This document shows positions 24,788 to 32,000 of a stretch of 32,000 nucleotides of DNA, piece after piece. The DNA comes from an uncultured Alphaproteobacteria bacterium (lineage in GTDB: Bacteria > Pseudomonadota > Alphaproteobacteria > UBA3830): contig CALXQM010000015.1 of the NCBI GenBank assembly GCA_944390765.1, positions 58,178 to 90,177 of the forward strand, given 5' to 3'. Position 1 is the stretch's first letter. Each line of letters opens with the position of its first letter. The notes below the pieces were generated by a model, which made no database searches, was not told the origin of the DNA, and was given only the letters and a program-made list of their open reading frames with translations. A program made the position numbers and the translations under genes.

Positions 24788-25612
24788 TTAATATAGAGAA
24801 AAGAGAAGTATTTTATTACTATTGTAAAATATATTTTTATCATTAGAAAAGCTATAATTTTGGTAGATCGAGCCAAAAATTTTGAATTTTTTAAGTTGTG
24901 CGAAGACGTGTTCAACGCCTACTCGTTTTGATGCAAGCGCGTGATTATGAGTCTTTTGTTCGGTGGTTAGAGGGCGTTTTCGTCGTCGTTTATGAGGCAA
25001 AATCGTTTTCGGATGCATTTTTTGTAGCCCTTGATAACCAGAATCCGCTAAAACCTGAACATCTTTCGGAATATGATCGAACATTTTTCGGATTTTAAAA
25101 TCATGAGTTCGACCGCTGTAACCCTTTGAAATGCTGATGATTTTTTCATCTGTATTGGTCATGATTTCAAACTTCATCATATGACGTTTTTTCTTCCCGG
25201 AGTAAAACTTTTTCTGCTTTTTCTTCGGTCTCTGAATTTGAATTTCTGTCGCTTCTATCAAAATGGTTTCAAGATCATTTTGAATTAACTCTCTGTTTTT
25301 ATTGATTTTTATCACATCAGCCAACATGGGCTCAAGACGCTGAATGTGGCGACAAATATTCGATTCATCGAGCTCAAATAGCATCTCCAAAAATTGAAAA
25401 CTCACATAAAACTGGTAGTAAATCTACATTAATAAAATTTCATCGGATAAGGTTTTTATTTTCGAACACCGTCCAGAAACCTTCTATTCCTTTTGAAATT
25501 TTTCCCATTTCGGGCTCACTTTGAGAACAATTTTGTTAAAATCTTCCAATTTGATACCTATTAACCTTGAAAAATTTTTCCCTTGATTACATAATCTATT
25601 GAAACTCAGCAT
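24788..25612 (-). pseudogene. Decayed IS5-type (DDE_Tnp_4 superfamily) transposase
   Basis: The minus-strand frame from the ATG at 25612 reads MLSFNRLCNQGKNFSRLIGIKLEDFNKIVLKVSPKWEKFQKE*KVSGRCSKIKTLSDEILLM*IYYQFYVSFQFLEMLFELDESNICRHIQRLEP... and continues in frame into the 24788-25405 ORF (ATEIQIQRPKKKQKKFYSGKKKRH, GYSGRTHDFKIRK, VLADSGYQGLQK, VGVEHVFAQLKKFKIF). It has two in-frame TAG codons (25484-25486 and 25424-25426). Confidence 0.88.
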
Positions 25613-25749
25613 GTTACATCTTTTTATTTTTGTTGAGTTTCGCACTTTTTTGCCTTTTTCGCCATACCATCTTTACTTTCGCAAGAGGTTTAATGATGAA
25701 TTCATAATATGTTTGTGTTATGCTTATTTTAGATTAGCATTTAGTTCGA

Positions 25750-25766
25750 TACAAAAGACCTAAAAA
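25750..25766 (+). repeat. 17-bp direct repeat, copy 1 (TACAAAAGACCTAAAAT)
   Basis: Exact match to the copy at 25893-25909, read directly. Confidence 0.75.
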
Positions 25767-25892
25767 TTATCGAAATTTTGAATGTTGAAATCCAATTCAT
25801 ATTTAAATATTAGTAAACAAAAGGTTTTATATAAATAATAACTATATTAAAATCTTTGCATTTGTGCTATTCTTTAAAAAAGTGGTTTTTAG

Positions 25893-25909
25893 TACAAAAG
25901 ACCTAAAAT
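25893..25909 (+). repeat. 17-bp direct repeat, copy 2 (TACAAAAGACCTAAAAT)
   Basis: Exact match to the copy at 25750-25766; start-to-start spacing 143 bp. Confidence 0.75.
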
Positions 25910-26259
25910 GTACTGGGAAACTATTTAAAATTGACAGATAACAGGAATATTTTTAAGAAAAGCGAGGAAGTAATGGTTGGCTTATCGATTAAAATTATAG
26001 ATAAAATAGAATTTAGAATAAAAGTGTGTTTGTAGTGGGAGCTTGTTTACATCAAGAATACGAAGATTCTATTATTAAATTTTCAATCATTGTACTGGTT
26101 TACAATATATGAAAGTTTTTACGTGAGTGTTTTGATAGTATCGCTTCACAAACACTAAATGAATAAATGACGGTTCAACTGATAATTCTTTAAAAATTGA
26201 AATAAATATACAGCTTGATGGCCATTAATTTGAATAACACTAAAATGTGAGGAGTTTAT

Positions 26260-27477
26260 TTGAAAGTTTTTGTAAATAAAAAAATAAATAATACAACTAA
26301 TGTTATTTCTTTGCTTGGTTTGGAACTATACAAAATAGAAGATACTGATAATGTAAGAATTCAATATTTTTTAGGGAATTTTATTTGTATAAAAAAAATA
26401 AAATCTAAAATTAAAGAATTAAAAACATATAAAATTTTTAACTTCCCAATATTAATAAGAATTATTGTAAATAATATTTGCAGTTATTATTGTTTGGGTA
26501 AATTAATAAATCAAAGTCATTTAGCAGACTTATTCTTTAAAAATAATCTTCAAAATGTTAAATATAAATATGATGATGTATATATTTTATATTCAAACAG
26601 TGGAGAAATATATTTATTCTTTGCATATCTAGCAAATGCATTTATAAAAAAGAATCAGTCTAAAAATCCTTTATTTATTGCAACGAAAAAGTACCATATT
26701 GATATTTTGAAAATGTATTTCCCGAATGCTCATTATATTTTTATTAATAAATTGAGGTTAAAAACACAAAGTGATGTTTGGGATATGCCAAATCACAGAT
26801 ACTTTATATTATTTTCAGAAAACCATTTCAAAAAAGTGGAACAAGATATAAAAAACAACGATACTGGAGACATTCATTATCTTACAAGTATGTTAAAAAC
26901 TTTAAATTTAACAGTAAATGATTTTTCAAAACCTGAAGTTATACTATCGTTAAATTCGCAGAAGTTATTAAACTTTGCAGTTCATAAAATGCAACTAAAA
27001 TTAAATAACTTTATTATTATTTCCCCTGAGGCTATCACTTGTGAGGATTTATCTCTGACTTTTTGGCGAAAAATTGTGCAAGAACTCAAAAAAAGAAATT
27101 TTGATGTTTTATTAAATATTACGAATCATAAAAATTATATAACGGGATGCAAGCAATTTGAACTTAGTTTTACTGAAGCTTTTTTCCTGGCACAAAAAGC
27201 GAAAGCAGTCATTTCTTTAAGAAGTGGTTTTTCAGAGTTTTTATTACCAACTGAAATTCCAAATATATCTATTTATACTGAATTTAGAAAAAGAGCTCAA
27301 AATACATTCAATGTAGAGAAAGAAATAGCGGGTTTTTCAATGTTAAAAATACCTTTTGTCAATAAAAACAAAATTTGTGAGATAAATGCGGATTTATATA
27401 AAAGCGAAGATGAGTTGGTAAAACAAGTAATAAGCTCATTGGGATCAATGTTAGATAAAGAGGAGTATTTGTTGTGA
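26260..27477 (+). CDS. Divergent glycosyltransferase-like (GT-B / heptosyltransferase-like) surface polysaccharide protein
   Basis: 405 aa, TTG start with GAGGAG-type RBS at about 26249-26254. C-terminal half shows a GT-B-like pattern (NNFIIISPEAIT..., WRKIVQELKKRNFDVLLNIT, SFTEAFFLAQKAKAVISLRSGFSEFLLP). Overlaps the next gene by 4 bp. Confidence 0.45.
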   Translation: MKVFVNKKINNTTNVISLLGLELYKIEDTDNVRIQYFLGNFICIKKIKSKIKELKTYKIFNFPILIRIIVNNICSYYCLGKLINQSHLADLFFKNNLQNVKYKYDDVYILYSNSGEIYLFFAYLANAFIKKNQSKNPLFIATKKYHIDILKMYFPNAHYIFINKLRLKTQSDVWDMPNHRYFILFSENHFKKVEQDIKNNDTGDIHYLTSMLKTLNLTVNDFSKPEVILSLNSQKLLNFAVHKMQLKLNNFIIISPEAITCEDLSLTFWRKIVQELKKRNFDVLLNITNHKNYITGCKQFELSFTEAFFLAQKAKAVISLRSGFSEFLLPTEIPNISIYTEFRKRAQNTFNVEKEIAGFSMLKIPFVNKNKICEINADLYKSEDELVKQVISSLGSMLDKEEYLL

Positions 27478-28982
27478 AAATTATAATACAAGCCGGAGGA
27501 AAAGGAACAAGGTTAGAGCACTTGACCTACAATAGACCGAAGTGTTTGGTACCTGTGCATAACAGACCTATGATATTCCACCTTTTTAATAAATACAAAG
27601 ATGCAGAATTTATTGTAATAGTGGATTACAAATATGATGTTTTGGAAAAATATCTTGAGACTTTTGCAAAAGATGTAAATTACAAAATTATAAGAGCCGT
27701 CGGGACAGGAAATATTTGCGGAATAAAGCAGGCGTTAGAATTTATCGGGGAAAATGAAAAATTCATGCTTATCTGGTCGGATTTAATTTTATCAGATGAT
27801 TTCAAACCTGAAGAATTGTCTGATGGCAATTACATAGGTATTTTAAGCGGCCAAACATGTTCCTGGAGTTTTGTTGACGGCAAGCTTGATAAAGTATCTT
27901 CCGATAAATATGGAGTAGCGGGATGTTTTGTTTTTGAAAATAAATCAGCTTTTGTAAATATTCCGGAATCCGGATCTTTTACAACCTGGTTAAAAAATAG
28001 CGGCATAAAACTATCCGCAATGCAGATGCCAAGATGCCCTGAGGTGGGAACTTTGGATGTTATTAATAATTTGAAAGATACTCAAAACCGTTGCAGACCT
28101 TATAATAAAATTGAGTTTACGGAAAATAAAGTTATAAAGTCAGGCTTAACTGATGAAGGTAAAAAGTTAATTGAGCGTGAAATTGTATGGTACAAAAAAA
28201 TGACGGAATACGGTTTTACCTCAATTCCTAAGATTTACTCGTATGAGCCGTTGACAATGGAAAAAATTGATGGAACAAATATCTTTCAGGCAAATTTAAC
28301 AGATGAACAAAAATCAACAATTACAGATAATTTAATTAATGCTGTTAATAAAATGCATTCTTATGAAACCAAGCCTGCTGATAGGGATGATTTAATCAAA
28401 GAATATTACACAAAAACAATAGAACGGCTGAATAGTATAAAACACGCAATTCCGTTTTCTGATAAAGAGATTATTGAAATCAACGGTAAAAAATGCAAAA
28501 ATCCGATTGTATTTCAAGATCAATTCAAAGAATCAGTTGAAGCAAAACTTCTGGATACAATATTCTGCCCAATACACGGCGATTGTACACTGACTAATAC
28601 AATGTTAGACAAGTCAAACAATATTTATTTTATTGACGCGAGAGGATATTTCGGCAAACAGGTTGTTCTTGGTGATATCCGTTATGACTGGGCTAAATTG
28701 TATTATTCAATGATCGGGAATTTTGACAGATTTAATGTCAAAGATTTCAGATTAAGAATTTCAGAAAAAGATGTCCGGTTTGAAATCCAATCAAACGGCT
28801 GGGAAAAATTGATAGATAAAGTTTTAAAGAATATGAAAAATTGCAAAGTTGAAGATATAAAATTTATTCACGCAATCATTTGGCTTTCATTAGCAAGTCA
28901 TTGTTGGGAAGATTATGATTCAATGTGCCTTGCGTTTTATAACGGTATGTATTTAGTTAGTGAATTTATTCAGGAAAAATAA
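27474..28982 (+). CDS. Bifunctional sugar/choline-type nucleotidyltransferase fused to an APH/choline-kinase-like phosphotransferase
   Basis: 502 aa, GTG start. N-terminus MKIIIQAGGKGTRLEHLTYNRPKCLVPVHNRPMIFHLF (NTP_transferase signature). C-terminus FCPIHGDCTLTNTMLDKSNNIYFIDARGYFG...LGDIRYDWAKLYYS (APH-type HGD and ID motifs). Confidence 0.85.
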   Translation: MKIIIQAGGKGTRLEHLTYNRPKCLVPVHNRPMIFHLFNKYKDAEFIVIVDYKYDVLEKYLETFAKDVNYKIIRAVGTGNICGIKQALEFIGENEKFMLIWSDLILSDDFKPEELSDGNYIGILSGQTCSWSFVDGKLDKVSSDKYGVAGCFVFENKSAFVNIPESGSFTTWLKNSGIKLSAMQMPRCPEVGTLDVINNLKDTQNRCRPYNKIEFTENKVIKSGLTDEGKKLIEREIVWYKKMTEYGFTSIPKIYSYEPLTMEKIDGTNIFQANLTDEQKSTITDNLINAVNKMHSYETKPADRDDLIKEYYTKTIERLNSIKHAIPFSDKEIIEINGKKCKNPIVFQDQFKESVEAKLLDTIFCPIHGDCTLTNTMLDKSNNIYFIDARGYFGKQVVLGDIRYDWAKLYYSMIGNFDRFNVKDFRLRISEKDVRFEIQSNGWEKLIDKVLKNMKNCKVEDIKFIHAIIWLSLASHCWEDYDSMCLAFYNGMYLVSEFIQEK

Positions 28983-28983
28983 A

Positions 28984-30099
28984 ATGGAAAAGCAACGTTT
29001 TTACAATATAGATATACTTCGCTTTATAGGAGCTGTTATAATAGTATTATTTCATTTTGTTACAGGTCTTAAGTTTTATTATAGTATGGAATTGACTGAA
29101 ATATCAAACCTAGCAAACAAAGTTTCATATGGTATGTTTTGGGTTGAATTTTTCTTTATACTAAGTGGATTTTTCTTGTTTTATTTAACTGATTTTAAAA
29201 TACAATTTTTGGATTTCTTTAAGAAAAAAATTTTACGTTTATTGCCGCTCGTTATATTCGGGATTCTGTTTTATAAGATTTTATCCTATTTTAACTTATT
29301 ATATTTTCAAAAATATATAAACATATATTCATTATTATTGTTGAACAATGTTGGTTTAACTGCTAAAAATACAATGGGGAATTTGCATCCGGCTTGGTTT
29401 GTTTCCTCACTATTTTGGGCAATGATGTTTTACTTTTATTTAAAACAATTAGTTAATGAAAAATGGTTTAATTTTATAACAGCTATATTAATATTTTTTT
29501 CGTATACATATTTGGTAAATACAACTTGGCACCCACCAGTAGTTAGTCAAAATTTTATAAATACAGGAATGCTACGAGCAATAGGTGGGTTGGGGTTAGG
29601 TTATTTTGTCTGCATATTTGTAAAAAAATGTAGCTATAAATGCACTTCATTTTTACAGAAAATAATTATTACAATTTGTGAGGGTTGTTTGCTTATATTT
29701 TGCGTACAAAATACGACTATACATAAAATTAATTTTAACAATCCAACAATTATGGTTTTGGCATTTGCAGTTTTAATTACATTATTTTTAGTAAAACAAG
29801 GTTTTATTTCTCAGATTTTAAATAATAAATTTAGCAATTTTGTTGGGCGTTATTCTTATTCTACTTTTATCATGCACATTATTGTATTTGATTTATTAAA
29901 AATGAATTTTTGGGATAAAAACATAACTTTTTTGACAGAACATCTAATTTTAAATCTCACAACCTCGATAATTTTAGCAGTTACACTTGGAATAATGACT
30001 TATCACTTAATCGAAAGACCTTGTGCTATTTATTTTAAGAAAAGGCTCGAAAGTGGCATAGTTGTAGAGAGTAATCCCTTCAAGAGAAAGTTTTTGTAA
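28984..30099 (+). CDS. Acyltransferase family 3 membrane protein (O-acetyltransferase-like)
   Basis: FYNIDILRFIGAVIIVLFHFVTG N-terminus, many hydrophobic segments, FVGRYSYSTFIMHIIVFDLL near the C-terminus. Start set at the ATG at 28984, 1 bp after the previous stop, instead of 28960. Confidence 0.85.
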   Translation: MEKQRFYNIDILRFIGAVIIVLFHFVTGLKFYYSMELTEISNLANKVSYGMFWVEFFFILSGFFLFYLTDFKIQFLDFFKKKILRLLPLVIFGILFYKILSYFNLLYFQKYINIYSLLLLNNVGLTAKNTMGNLHPAWFVSSLFWAMMFYFYLKQLVNEKWFNFITAILIFFSYTYLVNTTWHPPVVSQNFINTGMLRAIGGLGLGYFVCIFVKKCSYKCTSFLQKIIITICEGCLLIFCVQNTTIHKINFNNPTIMVLAFAVLITLFLVKQGFISQILNNKFSNFVGRYSYSTFIMHIIVFDLLKMNFWDKNITFLTEHLILNLTTSIILAVTLGIMTYHLIERPCAIYFKKRLESGIVVESNPFKRKFL

Positions 30100-30113
30100 A
30101 TTAAGAGGTATAT

Positions 30114-30500
30114 ATGCTTAAAGAGAAGAAACAATTAAAAATATCAACATTAAACCATACATGGGTTTTGGATTTTGATGGAACCCTTGTTGAGCATAAC
30201 GGTTATAAAACAGGAACAGACAAATTTCTGCCGGGTGCAAAAGAATTTTTACAGTCAATTCCAAAAGATGATTTTGTTTTGATTATGACGGCAAGAGAAA
30301 AAGAAGCAAGAGAAAAAACTATTAGATTTCTTGCGGAAAATAATATAAGATATAATGAGATTCTTTTTGGAATGCCAATGGGCGAAAGAATTCTGATTAA
30401 TGATAATAAGCCATCAGGTTTGAGATGTGCTTATGCAATAGCTTTGAACAGAAATCAAGGGTTGGAAAACTTGGATATAGTAATTGATGAAAAATTGTAA
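30114..30500 (+). CDS. Small HAD-superfamily phosphatase associated with polysaccharide biosynthesis
   Basis: 128 aa; DFDGTLV motif I, LIMTAREKEAREKTIRFL, INDNKPSG motif IV region. Confidence 0.8.
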   Translation: MLKEKKQLKISTLNHTWVLDFDGTLVEHNGYKTGTDKFLPGAKEFLQSIPKDDFVLIMTAREKEAREKTIRFLAENNIRYNEILFGMPMGERILINDNKPSGLRCAYAIALNRNQGLENLDIVIDEKL

Positions 30501-30509
30501 GGAGCAATA

Positions 30510-31409
30510 ATGTTAATAATCAAAGCCATGGTGCATGAAACAATATGGGGTGGTGAAAAATTAACACCGTATTCAGGCACAGATAATAAGAAAATCGGGC
30601 ATTTGTATTCATTAATCTCTAATGGTAAATTAGAAAGTGAGATTTTGAATGGCAAATATAAAGGTCAGCTTTTTAAAAAATATTTTGACGAAAATAAAGA
30701 CAGGTTTGGGCTATCTAAATATAAAGAATTCCCGTTTTTGCTTGCACTTGTTGATGCAACGGATGATTTAAGTTTGCAGGTTCACCCGAACGATAGAATG
30801 GCAAAAGTACTTGAAAATGCTGATTTTGGCAAAAATGAATCGTGGTATTTTCTTGAGGTTCCAAAATCAGGAAAGATTTATGATGGATGTAAAGCAAAAA
30901 CATCCGAAGAATTAAGAGAAAAAGTTAAGCAAAATAAATATGATGATGTGATTGACTATTTAGAAGTTAAATCAGGTGATTATGTTTATATTGAATCCGG
31001 AACAATGCATGCACTGACCGCAGGCAGTCTTGTTTATGAAATAGAAGAAAACTGCAACGCAACATATAGAGTTTATGATTTTGACAGGATTGATAAAGAC
31101 GGCAAAAAACGACCTTTGCAAACAGAAAATGCGCTTGATTCAATTGATGTAAATTTAAAATCAAAAGCTGTTCCGTTTGAGGGAGAAAAAATCGAAAGAT
31201 TATATTCTACTCAATTATTCAAATGTATTGAAGAATATACAAATAATTCCAACACATTAGAATGTTTAACTGTTATCAATGGTGTTTCTGAAGTTGAAGA
31301 GCAAAAAATTCAGCGAGGTGTGACCATTGTTTTAGAACCAAATGAGACAGTTAAATTGAACAAATCGGATTTTGTAATTGCAAAACCATTAATCAAGGAG
31401 GTCTTTTAA
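30510..31409 (+). CDS. manA: Mannose-6-phosphate isomerase type I-like cupin isomerase
   Basis: 299 aa; ETIWGGEKL, FPFLLALVDATDDLSLQVHPND, GDYVYIESGTMHALTAGSLVYEIEENCNATYRVYDFDR. Confidence 0.85.
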   Translation: MLIIKAMVHETIWGGEKLTPYSGTDNKKIGHLYSLISNGKLESEILNGKYKGQLFKKYFDENKDRFGLSKYKEFPFLLALVDATDDLSLQVHPNDRMAKVLENADFGKNESWYFLEVPKSGKIYDGCKAKTSEELREKVKQNKYDDVIDYLEVKSGDYVYIESGTMHALTAGSLVYEIEENCNATYRVYDFDRIDKDGKKRPLQTENALDSIDVNLKSKAVPFEGEKIERLYSTQLFKCIEEYTNNSNTLECLTVINGVSEVEEQKIQRGVTIVLEPNETVKLNKSDFVIAKPLIKEVF

Positions 31410-32000
31410 TGAAAGATATTGAACTTTCAGCTTCAATGATGTGTGCAAATTATGCTTGTTTAAGAGATGAAGTAAAAAATCTTGAAGAAGCAGGAATTGA
31501 TATTTTCCATATTGATATTATGGATGGAAGTTTTGTTGATAATTTTGGAATGGGTTATCAGGATATGGCTTTTATTAAAAATAATACTTCTAAACAAGTT
31601 GAAGCACATTTAATGGTATCAAAACCATATAATTATTTAAATATTTTATTTAATTTGGGTATTGATATTATTTACATACATCCTGAAGTTGATCCGGATC
31701 CTGCTACAACTATTGAAAAAATTCACCAACATGGCGCAATTGCGGGTATTGCAATAAACCCTGGAACATCAATTTCAACAATTGAAGAGTTATTAAATAC
31801 CGTTAATAGAGTACTGGTGTTAGGGGTTAACCCCGGTCATGCAGGAAGAAAATATCAACCGTATGTAGATAAAAAAATTGAACGCTTACTTGAATTGAAA
31901 AAAATATTGAATTTTGAAATTTATATGGATGGTGCCGTTACAATTGATAGAATAAATCAATGGCGAACAAAAGGAGTTAAAGGCTTCGTTCTGGGAACCG
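31409..32000 (+). CDS. Ribulose-phosphate/allulose-6-phosphate 3-epimerase family protein, 3' end outside the window
   Basis: Frame open to the window edge: MKDIELSASMMCANYACLRDEVKNLEEAGIDIFHIDIMDGSFVDNFGMG...VEAHLMVSKPYNYLNILFNLGIDIIYIHPE...INPGTSISTIEELLNTVNRVLVLGVNPGHAGRKY...IYMDGAVTIDRI. AAGGAGGT RBS at 31395-31402; TAATG overlap with manA. Confidence 0.85.
   Translation, partial: MKDIELSASMMCANYACLRDEVKNLEEAGIDIFHIDIMDGSFVDNFGMGYQDMAFIKNNTSKQVEAHLMVSKPYNYLNILFNLGIDIIYIHPEVDPDPATTIEKIHQHGAIAGIAINPGTSISTIEELLNTVNRVLVLGVNPGHAGRKYQPYVDKKIERLLELKKILNFEIYMDGAVTIDRINQWRTKGVKGFVLGT

Noticed and set aside
24898-25098. Plus-strand ORF MRRRVQRLLVLMQARDYESF...
   Set aside because: Antisense to the transposase pseudogene; its apparent arginine-rich N-terminus is the complement of the conserved VGVEHVF region.
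25424-25486. In-frame TAG codons in the transposase as a hint of stop-codon reassignment or readthrough
   Set aside because: TAG terminates several intact core genes here (for example rpsC, rplX, rpsH and rplO), so TAG is an ordinary stop and the transposase is simply decayed.
26126-26156. Inverted repeat AGTGTTT...AAACACT with 17-nt loop upstream of the surface operon
   Set aside because: Only 7 bp of AT-rich stem, no U-tract and no second supporting structure; insufficient for a terminator or riboswitch call.
24623-26259. Search for tRNA, CRISPR repeats or toxin-antitoxin genes in the junction
   Set aside because: No cloverleaf-like segments, no regularly spaced repeats beyond the single 17-bp pair, and no recognisable small protein families.
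26110-26271. 11-bp repeat TGAAAGTTTTT before and at the start of the 26260 ORF (ATGAAAGTTTTTACGTGA versus TTGAAAGTTTTTGTAAAT)
   Set aside because: Short, AT-rich and plausibly chance; the first copy stops after five codons.
30455-31164. Minus-strand ORFs at 30455-30655, 30715-30903, 30967-31164 and 27297-27491
   Set aside because: Antisense to well-supported enzymes with recognisable motifs; no motifs of their own.

Overview
Positions 1-24622 are a conserved, AT-rich, alphaproteobacterial-type str-S10-spc-alpha block, all on the + strand. The order is rpoB (5'-truncated by the window)-rpoC-rpsL-rpsG-fusA-tuf-rpsJ-rplC-rplD-rplW-rplB-rpsS-rplV-rpsC-rplP-rpmC-rpsQ-rplN-rplX-rplE-rpsN-rpsH-rplF-rplR-rpsE-rpmD-rplO-secY-adk-rpsM-rpsK-rpoA-rplQ. 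It ends in a terminator-like hairpin. Next come a decayed minus-strand IS5-type (DDE_Tnp_4) transposase with two in-frame amber codons, and about 650 bp of noncoding DNA containing a 17-bp direct repeat. From 26260 to the window edge there is a tightly packed cell-surface polysaccharide/sugar-activation operon: a divergent glycosyltransferase-like protein, a fused nucleotidyltransferase-kinase, an acyltransferase-3 protein, a small HAD phosphatase, a ManA-type isomerase and a divergent RPE/AlsE-type epimerase cut by the window edge. The best candidate for something undescribed is this operon, whose enzymes could form an epimerase/isomerase/kinase/phosphatase/nucleotidyltransferase route to an activated rare sugar. 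Secondary oddities in the core are a 10-residue insertion in L14, an altered GPMPQT motif in EF-Tu, and natural changes in the RpoB rifampicin region. I found no CRISPR array, tRNA, rRNA or defence system. All homology calls come from recalled family motifs; no database search was run.
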